Part shown: in pieces, positions 49,046 through 61,300 of the stretch
Numbering within the stretch: position 1 is the stretch's first letter
Layout of the letters: every line of letters starts with the position of its first letter
Assembly (NCBI GenBank): GCA_032718475.1
Contig: JAUCBJ010006756.1
Coordinates: forward strand, 1 to 64,000
Length of the DNA: 64,000 nucleotides
Direction: 5' to 3'
Source: Nemertoderma westbladi
Lineage: Eukaryota; Animalia; Xenacoelomorpha
Notes under the pieces: model-generated
Seen by the model: the letters and a program-made list of their open reading frames with translations, nothing else
The model's database searches: none
What the model was told of the DNA's origin: nothing
Made by a program: the position numbers and the translations under genes

Positions 49046-52000
49046 TAGGAACCGAGAGGTTCATTACTGTAAGAATTGTTGGCTGATTGACTGGCTGGCT
49101 GACTGACTGACTGATCTACAGCCAAAACTACTCTAATGATTTTGATGAAATTTTCAGAGCAGCTAGATACCGCGATTCTAAGGTCCCTGGCGTGATCGGC
49201 TACTCCGTCCATAGCCTCTGGGCTCGAAAAATAGAGATAAACGAAAAAACGCCATAGGCGCAATGGTAAAATAACACCAATGACAGCTGGTGTCCTGATG
49301 AAAAATGGCTTATGTAATGCAATTCTACACAAGGCTTATAAATCGATGAGGTTGCCAAGATTATTATACTTAGTACACCCATACTGTTTGTTTAGGCCCT
49401 ACCAACCACTCACCACTCTCTGGCAAAGCAAACATTAACTGGTTGGTTTAGTTTGAAATCTAGTATCGCCTCAGCTGAATAACTCTTCCCAATGCATTCT
49501 AGGGGAGTATCCAAGTTTCTCCCTCTGCTAATGTAAGCTGAATGACTGAAGTACACAGTGTGTTGGCTACATTAATGCCAACATTATTGCAAAATGTTTT
49601 AGTGTTGGATTACTCTCTGTCAGTCTCCCCTTCAGAACATTGTATAGGGAATTTACTTTAGTTTACTCTACTGTGCCATTCAGCTGAATGGATTTGAGCG
49701 ATTGCCAAGTACAGAGTTGGCATAGGCAAAGACATCAAATATTATTAAAAATATACTTTTTCCATGTTTTTTTTTCTGACCAAAAATTTCAAAAAAAAAT
49801 TTTTCGTAGCCAGTACTGCCAATCGATTCGCCATCAAAAATAACGCAAAAATTTTTTTTTCCAAAATTTTAAATTACTGTAAATTTTTGGCGACTGGGGG
49901 GGGGGGGGGTCAATTTTTTTCGATCCGCTATAACTCCGGAACGCTTTGTTCAAATTCGATGGGGTTTTCATTTTTCAACTTAATTCGATGTCCTCTTTCA
50001 GCCTATCCATATTTCGAAAACCCAAACAGCGCCGTTCAAAAATTAATTTTTTCTAGTTCTAGAATTTTACAAATTTCAAAAAAGTTGCAGTATTTTATTT
50101 ACGCCTTTACGGAATTCGATAGCGTTTTCGATTTTTATATTAACCCTATTAAACCCGGGGGGGGGGGTCAATATGACCCCTCCCGTGGTTTTTTTATTAT
50201 AATTCTGAAACAAACGCAGTTGGGAATCTGAAATTTTATGACTTTTCCTAAAAATCTATTGTCTTCCTAGTAGTGAAAACCGTTTTCAAAAATATTGGGT
50301 ACTTTTCGAGTTATAGCACCATTTTTTAACCCTACTTTTGGCACTTTTTTGAGACGTTTTTTGAAAATTACATTTCATTAAATATGAATTGTAACATCTC
50401 TATTTTTGATTTACACCGGTTTTTTGGTGTTAGAAATTAGATGGAATTCATATAAATTGATTTAGAAATTTCAAACTTGTTTTTTCGGTGGGTGCCAAAT
50501 TTTGGTGCCAGCACCAAATTTTGAATTATGTCAATTTTGTAAATTGATTGTTTGAAACTTGTTTTTTACGCAATTGGGGTTTTTTGGGGTTCTGGATTCG
50601 ATGAAATATATACGAGTTGCACCAAGCGTATCAAACTTGTATTTTTCGGTGCTGTGTGCAAATTTTGGTGCTAGCACGAAATTTTGAAAATTCATTCGAT
50701 AGATAAAATTGCTTGTGACAATTTATTTCTTGCGTTTTAGAGGTTTATGGCTGTTCTGAATTCAATGGAATAAATAATTATCGAACTAGACATCTCAAAC
50801 TTATATTTTTCGGATGTGGGTGCAAAATGTGGTGCTAGCACCAAATTTTGAAAACCATCAAATATATCAATTGATTGTGTCACCTTGTTTCTTGCGTTAT
50901 ACGGGTTTGTGATGGTTCTGAATTCAATGGAATCAGTAAAAATTTCATAAGAGTTCTCAAACTGGTATTTTTCGCCAGTGGGTGAAAATTGTTGTGCCAG
51001 CACCAAATTTTGGAAAATATGCAAATTTATCAGTAGATAGTATCACCTTGTTTCTTGCGTTATACGGGTTTATGAGGGTCCTGAATCCGATGGAATCCAT
51101 AAAAACAGCACTGGACATCGCAAACTTGTACTTTTTGGTGATGGGTACGAAATTTGGTGCTAGCACCAAAATTTGCCAAATTACGCCGAAAAATACAAGT
51201 ATCAATGATCTGGCATATTAGAAATGTATTCCATTAGAATCAGCGCTCTCGAAAACCTGAAAATGTGAATTTATAGCATCGTATAAGTGAATTAAAAATT
51301 TTGTGTTCTACCTGAAAAGTGCTGGTTACTTGTTTTTTTCATTTTTTTCCTACGCAGAGAGGACTAAACGGCCATTTATAGTAATCATATCATTTTTAAA
51401 TATTTTCCAATGTATTTTGCACCCCAGAAAACCTGTATTGAAAAATAATTAGCCGAAAATGTAACTTTCAAATTTTGTGAAAATTGTGCACTACTTGTAA
51501 TTTTGGTGCTGCAATAGAACCACCCCAGTACATTTTTTCGAAAATTTTTTTTTTCGGTCGGATCCAGACAAGTGATACCTACGTACAAACAAAAAATCAG
51601 ACGTTTTCGTAAATATTTGTAGATTTTAGAGGGGGGGGGGTCAATATGACCCCCTCCCGGTATTTGTACAGCATTTTATAGCCCGGTACTAATAGGGTTA
51701 AACGCAATATCCTGAATCTCACTACCCTAGTTTCGCGTCACCAATGCCAAGACTTCATATTTTTTGAGGAAAATTTTTCTAGAATAATTTTTATTTAATT
51801 ACATTTATAGCGATTTCTTATTACTGGTTCCACATGAATTGATGGAGTTTTCAATTTATTAACTAAACACGATATCGCGCATCGCACCAGCGAGGTTTCG
51901 AAATTCCAAAACGAGGTCTTCACTAGTTGCAGGTCGATTTTGTTCTAGAATTGAGCAACTAATAATAGATCGAATTTATTAATAATTATTGTATGAAATA

Positions 52001-52105
52001 TGATTGTATTTTTACATAATTATTAGTTCTATACTAATTCTCGTTGTCTCTTTTATTTAAAATAAAAAGTCGGTTCCTTATCGGGCCGCTAGGCCCGTCA
52101 CTAGT
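49046..52105 (+). mobile_element. HINE-Y short copy carrying a piggyBac-like insertion
   Basis: Y termini; CTAG 52101-52104. Confidence 0.78.
50144..51697. mobile_element. Non-autonomous piggyBac-like DNA transposon, 1554 bp
   Basis: TTAA TSD (50140-50143, 51698-51701; empty site TATATTAAACGC in sister copies), imperfect TIR CCCTATTAnnnCCGGG, five internal ~160-bp repeats with palindrome TTGGTGCTAGCACCAA; no transposase. Confidence 0.85.
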
Positions 52106-53599
52106 TAGCAAGTCGTTAGACTTGATTACTGTAAGAATTGTTGACAGACTGGCTGACTGGCTGGCTGACTGGCTGGCTGACTGACTGATCTACAGCCAAA
52201 ACTGCTCTTACGTATTTGATGAAATTTTCACAGCGACTAGATACCACGATTCTAAGGTCCCTGGTATGATCGGCTACTCCGTCCATAGCCTCTGGGCTCG
52301 AAAAATAGAGATAAACGAAAAAACGTCATAGGCGCAATGGTGAAATAACACCAATGACAGCTGGTGTCCTGATGAAAAATGGCTTATGTAATGCATTTCT
52401 ACACAAGGCTTAGTAATAAATCGATGAGGTTGCCAAGATTATTATACTCAGTACAACCATACTGTTTGTATAGGCCACCACTCTCTGTCAAAGCAAACAT
52501 TAACTGGGTGGTTTAGTTTGAAATCTAATATCGCCTCAGCTGAAGTACTCTTCCTAATGCAATCTATGGGAATATCTCACTCTGCTAATGTAAGCTGAAT
52601 GACTGTTACGTACACAGTGAGTTGGCTACATTAATGCCAACATTATTGCAAAATGTTTTATTGTTGGATTACTCTCTGTCAGACTCCCCTTCAGAACATT
52701 GTATAGGGAATTTACTTTAGTTTACTCTACTGTGCCATTCAGCTGAATGGATTTGAGCGATTGCCAAGTTACAGAGTTGGATCATTCTCTGACCATAGGC
52801 AAAGACATCAAATCTTTTTAAAAATGTTTTTTTTTCTGACCAAAAATTTAAAAAAAAAATTTTTCGTAGCCAGTACTGCCAATCGATTCGCCATCAAAAA
52901 TAACGCAAAAATTTTTTTTGCAAAATTTTAAATTACTGTAAATTTTTGGCGACTGGGGGGGTCAATTTTTTTCGATCCGCTATAACTCCGGAACGCTTTG
53001 TCCAAATTCGATGGGGTTTTCATTTTTCAACTTAATTCGATGTCCTCTTTCAGCCTATCCATGTTTCGAAACCCCAAACAGCGCCGTTCAAAAATTAATT
53101 TTTTCTAGTTCTAGAATTTTACAAATTTCAAAAAAGTTGCAGTATTTTATAAACGCCTTTACGGAATTCGATAGCGTTTTCGATTTTTATATTAAACGCA
53201 ATATCCTGAATCTCACTAGCCTAGTTTCGCGTCACCAATGCCAAGACTTCATACTTTTTGAGGAAAATCTTTCTAGAATAATTTTTATTTAATTACATTT
53301 ATCGCGATTTCTTATTACTGGTTGCACATGAATTGATGGAGTTTTCAATTTATTAACTAAACTCGATATCGCGCATCGCACCAGCGTGGTTTCGAAATTC
53401 CAAAACGAGGTCTTCACTAGTTGCAGGTCGATTTTGTTCTAGAATTGAGCAACTAATAATAGATCGAATTTATTAATAATTATTGTATGAAATATGATTG
53501 TATTTTTACATAATTATTAGTTCTGTACTAATTCTCGTTGTCTCTTTTCTTTAAAATAAAAAGTCGGTTCCTTATCGGGCCGCTAGGCCCGTCAATAGT
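52106..53599 (+). mobile_element. Chimeric HINE (X-type 5' end, Y-type body and 3' end)
   Basis: Starts AGCAAGTCGTTAGACTTG, ends TCGGTTCCT, hairpin and ATAG (CTAG variant). Confidence 0.7.
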
Positions 53600-56500
53600 A
53601 TAGTTTATGCAGATTGGACACTGTTGAAATCACTTGAACAACGAATTGGTGGGTGCTACACAACCCAATTGCTATCAATATTGTTATTGTAATAATTCAC
53701 GCGCCTATACTATACAGGGCAGGAAGCCTAATAACGAAAAACGCAGAGCGGAACATTGGGCAAAGTACCTTCTGTCCATTATTATTTTTAAATAGATTAC
53801 GCGCCTATGCAGGGCAGCCTAATAATGAAAAACGCAAAATAAAACATTGAGCAAAGTACACAATAGTAGTATATTGTATTTTAAAAAAACACTGTTTTAA
53901 AAAATGCAACTTCTACAATTCTTAACAAAATAAAGCAAAACAAACAAACGTGAGAAATAAGGACATCTATGATGAATCCGTTCATCATCCATGATGGATC
54001 CGTCCATTATCCATGATGGATCCGTCCATTATCCATGATGGATCCGCCCAACATCCATGATGAATCCGTTCATCATCCATGATGGATCCGTCCATTATCC
54101 ATGATGGATCCGTCCATTATCCATGATGGATCCGCCCAACATCCATGATGGATCCGTCCAATAGAATCCGTTCATTATCCATGATGGATCCGTCCAATAT
54201 CCATGATGGATCCGCCCAACATCCATGATGGATCCGCCCAACATCCATGATGGATCCGTCCAATAGAATCCGTTCATTATCCATGATGGATCCGCCCAAC
54301 ATTCATGATGGATCCGCCCAACATTCATGATGGATCCGCCCAACATCCATGATGGATCCGTCCAACATTCATGATGGATCCGCCCAACATCCATGATGGA
54401 TCCGTCCAATATCCATGATGGATCCGTCCATTATCCATGATGGATCCGCCCAACATCCATGATGGATCCGTCCATTATCCATGATGGATCCGCCCAACAT
54501 CCATGATGGATCCGTCCAATAGAATCCGTTCATCATCCATGATTTATCCGTCCATTATCCATGATGGATCCGCCCAACATCCATGATGGATCCGTCCATT
54601 ATCCATGATGGATCCGCCCAACATCCATGATGGATCCGTCCAATAGAATCCGTTCATCATCCATGATTTATCCGTCCATTATCCATGATGGATCCGTCCA
54701 ACATCCATGATGGATCCGTCCATTATCCATGATGGATCCGCCCAACATCCATGATGGATCCGTCCAATAGAATCCGTTCATCATCCATGATTTATCCGTC
54801 CATTATCCATGATGGATCCGCCCAACATTCATGATGGATCCGCCCAACATCCATGATGGATCCGCCCAACATCCATGATGGATCCGCCCAACATTCATGA
54901 TGGATCCGCCCAACATCCATGATGGATCCGCCCAACATTCATGATGGATCCGCCCAACATCCATGATGGATCCGCCCAACATTCATGATGGATCCGCCCA
55001 ACATCCATGATGGATCCGCCCAACATCCATGATGGATCCGCCCAACATCCATGATGGATCCGTCCAATAGAATCCGTTCATCATCCATGATTTATCCGTC
55101 CATTATCCATGATGGATCCGTCCATTATCCATGATGGATCCGTCCATTATCCATGATGGATCCGTCCAATAGAATCCGTTCATCATCCATGATTTATCCG
55201 TCCATTATCCATGATGGATCCGCCCAACATCCATGATGGATCCGTCCATTATCCATGATGGATCCGCCCAACATCCATGATGGATCCGTCCAATAGAATC
55301 CGTTCATCATCCATGATTTATCCGTCCATTATCCATGATGGATCCGTCCAACATCCATGATGGATCCGTCCATTATCCATGATGGATCCGCCCAACATCC
55401 ATGATGGATCCGTCCAATAGAATCCGTTCATCATCCATGATTTATCCGTCCATTATCCATGATGGATCCGCCCAACATCCATGATGGATCCGCCCAACAT
55501 CCATGATGGATCCGCCCAACATCCATGATGGATCCGTCCAATAGAATCCGTTCATCATCCATGATTTATCCGTCCATTATCCATGATGGATCCGCCCAAC
55601 ATCCATGATGGATCCGCCCAACATCCATGATGGATCCGTCCATTATCCATGATGGATCCGCCCAACATCCATGATGGATCCGTCCAATAGAATCCGTTCA
55701 TCATCCATGATTTATCCGTCCAACATTCATGATGGATCCGCCCAACATCCATGATGGATCCGCCCAACATCCATGATGGATCCGTCCAATAGAATCCGTT
55801 CATCATCCATGATTTATCCGTCCATTATCCATGATGGATCCGTCCAACATTCATGATGGATCCGTCCAATAGAATCCGTTCATCATCCATGATTTATCCG
55901 TCCATTATCCATGATGGATCCGCCCAACATCCATGATGGATCCGTCCCGTCAATAGTATAGTTTATGCAGATTGGACACTGTTGAAATCACTTGAACAAC
56001 GAATTGGTGGGTGCTACACAACCCAATTGCTATCAATATTGTTATTGTAATAATTCACGCGCCTATACTATACAGGGCAGGAAGCCTAATAACGAAAAAC
56101 GCAGAGCGGAACATTGGGCAAAGTACCTTCTGTACATTATTATTTTTAAATAGATTACGCGCCTATGCAGGGCAGCCTAATAATGAAAAACGCAAAATAA
56201 AACATTGAGCAAAGTACACAATAGTAGTATATTGTATTTTAAAAAAACACTGTTTTAAAAAATGCAACTTCTACAATTCTTAACAAAATAAAGCAAAACA
56301 AACAAACGTGAGAAATAAGGACATCTATGATGAATCCGTTCATCATCCATGATGGATCCGTCCATTATCCATGATGGATCCGTCCATTATCCATGATGGA
56401 TCCGCCCAACATCCATGATGAATCCGTTCATCATCCATGATGGATCCGTCCATTATCCATGATGGATCCGTCCATTATCCATGATGGATCCGCCCAACAT

Positions 56501-58300
56501 CCATGATGGATCCGTCCAATAGAATCCGTTCATTATCCATGATGGATCCGTCCAATATCCATGATGGATCCGCCCAACATCCATGATGGATCCGCCCAAC
56601 ATCCATGATGGATCCGTCCAATAGAATCCGTTCATTATCCATGATGGATCCGCCCAACATCCATGATGGATCCGTCCAACATCCATGATGGATCCGCCCA
56701 ACATCCATGATGGATCCGTCCAACATTCATGATGGATCCGCCCAACATCCATGATGGATCCGTCCAATATCCATGATGGATCCGTCCATTATCCATGATG
56801 GATCCGCCCAACATCCATGATGGATCCGTCCAATATCCATGATGGATCCGCCCAACATCCATGATGGATCCGTCCAATAGAATCCGTTCATCATCCATGA
56901 TTTATCCGTCCATTATCCATGATGGATCCGCCCAACATCCATGATGGATCCGTCCATTATCCATGATGGATCCGCCCAACATCCATGATGGATCCGTCCA
57001 ATAGAATCCGTTCATCATCCATGATTTATCCGTCCATTATCCATGATGGATCCGTCCAACATCCATGATGGATCCGTCCATTATCCATGATGGATCCGCC
57101 CAACATCCATGATGGATCCGTCCAATAGAATCCGTTCATCATCCATGATTTATCCGTCCATTATCCATGATGGATCCGCCCAACATCCATGATGGATCCG
57201 CCCAACATCCATGATGGATCCGCCCAACATCCATGATGGATCCGCCCAACATCCATGATGGATCCGCCCAACATCCATGATGGATCCGTCCAACATCCAT
57301 GATGGATCCGCCCAACATCCATGATGGATCCGCCCAACATTCATGATGGATCCGCCCAACATCCATGATGGATCCGCCCAACATCCATGATGGATCCGCC
57401 CAACATCCATGATGGATCCGTCCAATAGAATCCGTTCATCATCCATGATTTATCCGTCCATTATCCATGATGGATCCGTCCAATATCCATGATGGATCCG
57501 TCCATTATCCATGATGGATCCGTCCAATAGAATCCGTTCATCATCCATGATTTATCCGTCCATTATCCATGATGGATCCGCCCAACATCCATGATGGATC
57601 CGTCCATTATCCATGATGGATCCGCCCAACATCCATGATGGATCCGTCCAATAGAATCCGTTCATCATCCATGATTTATCCGTCCATTATCCATGATGGA
57701 TCCGTCCAACATCCATGATGGATCCGTCCATTATCCATGATGGATCCGCCCAACATCCATGATGGATCCGTCCAATAGAATCCGTTCATCATCCATGATT
57801 TATCCGTCCATTATCCATGATGGATCCGCCCAACATCCATGATGGATCCGCCCAACATCCATGATGGATCCGTCCAATAGAATCCGTTCATCATCCATGA
57901 TTTATCCGTCCATTATCCATGATGGATCCGTCCAACATCCATGATGGATCCGTCCAATAGAATCCGTTCATCATCCATGATTTATCCGTCCATTATCCAT
58001 GATGGATCCGCCCAACATCCATGATGGATCCGCCCAACATCCATGATGGATCCGTCCAATAGAATCCGTTCATCATCCATGATTTATCCGTCCATTATCC
58101 ATGATGGATCCGTCCAACATTCATGATGGATCCGTCCAATAGAATCCGTTCATCATCCATGATTTATCCGTCCATTATCCATGATGGATCCGCCCAACAT
58201 CCATGATGGATCCGCCCAACATCCATGATGGATCCGTCCAATAGAATCCGTTCATCATCCATGATTTATCCGTCCATTATCCATGATGGATCCGCCCAAC
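53588..58300. repeat. ~2358-bp tandem duplication (unique leader plus start of the satellite)
   Basis: CCCGTCAATAGTATAG... at 53588 and 55946; the ~380-bp leader and following variant order repeat; right end approximate. Confidence 0.85.
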
Positions 58301-61300
58301 ATCCATGATGGATCCGTCCAACATCCATGATGGATCCGTCCAACATCCATGATGGATCCGTCCATTATCCATGATGGATCCGTCCAATAGAATCCGTTCA
58401 TCATCCATGATTTATCCGTCCATTATCCATGATGGATCCGTCCAACATCCATGATGGATCCGCCCAACATCCATGATGGATCCGTCCATTATCCATGATG
58501 GATCCGCCCAACATCCATGATGGATCCGTCCAATATCCATGATGGATCCGTCCAATATCCATGATGGATCCGTCCAATAGAATCCGTTCATCATCCATGA
58601 TTTATCCGTCCATTATCCATGATGGATCCGTCCAACATCCATGATGGATCCGTCCAATATCCATGATGGATCCGTCCAATATCCATGATGGATCCGTCCA
58701 ATAGAATCCGTTCATCATCCATGATTTATCCGTCCATTATCCATGATGGATCCGTCCAATATCCATGATGGATCCGTCCAATATCCATGATGGATCCGTC
58801 CAATAGAATCCGTTCATCATCCATGATTTATCCGTCCATTATCCATGATGGATCCGTCCAATATCCATGATGGATCCGTCCAATAGAATCCGTTCATCAT
58901 CCATGATTTATCCGTCCATTATCCATGATGGATCCGTCCAACATCCATGATGGATCCGCCCAACATCCATGATGGATCCGTCCATTATCCATGATGGATC
59001 CGCCCAACATCCATGATGGATCCGTCCAATATCCATGATGGATCCGTCCAATAGAATCCGTTCATCATCCATGATTTATCCGTCCATTATCCATGATGGA
59101 TCCGTCCAACATCCATGATGGATCCGTCCAATATCCATGATGGATCCGTCCAATATCCATGATGGATCCGTCCAATAGAATCCGTTCATCATCCATGATT
59201 TATCCGTCCATTATCCATGATGGATCCGTCCAATATCCATGATGGATCCGTCCAATATCCATGATGGATCCGTCCAATAGAATCCGTTCATCATCCATGA
59301 TTTATCCGTCCATTATCCATGATGGATCCGCCCAACATCCATGATGGATCCGTCCAATATCCATGATGGATCCGTCCAATATCCATGATGGATCCGTCCA
59401 ATAGAATCCGTTCATCATCCATGATTTATCCGTCCATTATCCATGATGGATCCGCCCAACATCCATGATGGATCCGCCCAACATCCATGATGGATCCGCC
59501 CAACATTCATGATGGATCCGCCCAACATCCATGATGGATCCGTCCAATAGAATCCGTTCATCATCCATGATTTATCCGTCCATTATCCATGATGGATCCG
59601 TCCATTATCCATGATGGATCCGTCCAACATCCATGATGGATCCGTCCAATATCCATGATGGATCCGTCCATTATCCATGATTTATCCGTCCATTATCCAT
59701 GATGGATCCGTCCAATATCCATGATGGATCCGCCCAACATCCATGATGGATCCGCCCAACATTCATGATGGATCCGCCCAACATCCATGATGGATCCGTC
59801 CAATAGAATCCGTTCATCATCCATGATTTATCCGTCCATTATCCATGATTTATCCGTCCATTATCCATGATGGATCCGCCCAACATCCATGATGGATCCG
59901 TCCAATATCCATGATGGATCCGTCCAATATCCATGATGGATCCGTCCAATAGAATCCGTTCATCATCCATGATTTATCCGTCCATTATCCATGATGGATC
60001 CGCCCAACATCCATGATGGATCCGCCCAACATCCATGATGGATCCGCCCAACATTCATGATGGATCCGCCCAACATCCATGATGGATCCGTCCAATAGAA
60101 TCCGTTCATCATCCATGATTTATCCGTCCATTATCCATGATGGATCCGTCCAATAGAATCCGTTCATCATCCATGATTTATCCGTCCATTATCCATGATG
60201 GATCCGCCCAACATCCATGATGGATCCGTCCAATATCCATGATGGATCCGTCCAATATCCATGATGGATCCGTCCAATAGAATCCGTTCATCATCCATGA
60301 TTTATCCGTCCATTATCCATGATGGATCCGTCCAACATCCATGATGGATCCGTCCAATATCCATGATGGATCCGTCCATTATCCATGATGGATCCGTCCA
60401 ACATCCATGATGGATCCGTCCAATATCCATGATGGATCCGTCCATTATCCATGATGGATCCGTCCAATAGAATCCGTTCATCATCCATGATTTATCCGTC
60501 CATTATCCATGATGGATCCGTCCAATATCCATGATGGATCCGTCCAACATCCATGATGGATCCGTCCAATAGAATCCGTTCATCATCCATGATTTATCCG
60601 TCCATTATCCATGATGGATCCGTCCAACATCCATGATGGATCCGTCCAACATTCATGATGGATCCGTCCAATAGAATCCGTTCATCATCCATGATTTATC
60701 CGTCCATTATCCATGATGGATCCGTCCAACATCCATGATGGATCCGTCCAACATCCATGATGGATCCGTCCAACATCCATGATGGATCCGCCCAACATCC
60801 ATGATGGATCCGCCCAACATTCATGATGGATCCGTCCAACATCCATGATGGATCCGTCCAATATCCATGATGGATCCGTCCATTATCCATGATGGATCCG
60901 TCCAACATCCATGATGGATCCGTCCAATAGAATCCGTTCATCATCCATGATTTATCCGTCCATTATCCATGATGGATCCGTCCAACATCCATGATGGATC
61001 CGTCCAATATCCATGATGGATCCGTCCATTATCCATGATGGATCCGTCCAACATCCATGATGGATCCGTCCATTATCCATGATGGATCCGTCCAATAGAA
61101 TCCGTTCATCATCCATGATTTATCCGTCCATTATCCATGATGGATCCGTCCATTATCCATGATGGATCCGTCCAACATCCATGATGGATCCGTCCATTAT
61201 CCATGATGGATCCGTCCAATAGAATCCGTTCATCATCCATGATTTATCCGTCCATTATCCATGATGGATCCGTCCAACATCCATGATGGATCCGTCCAAC

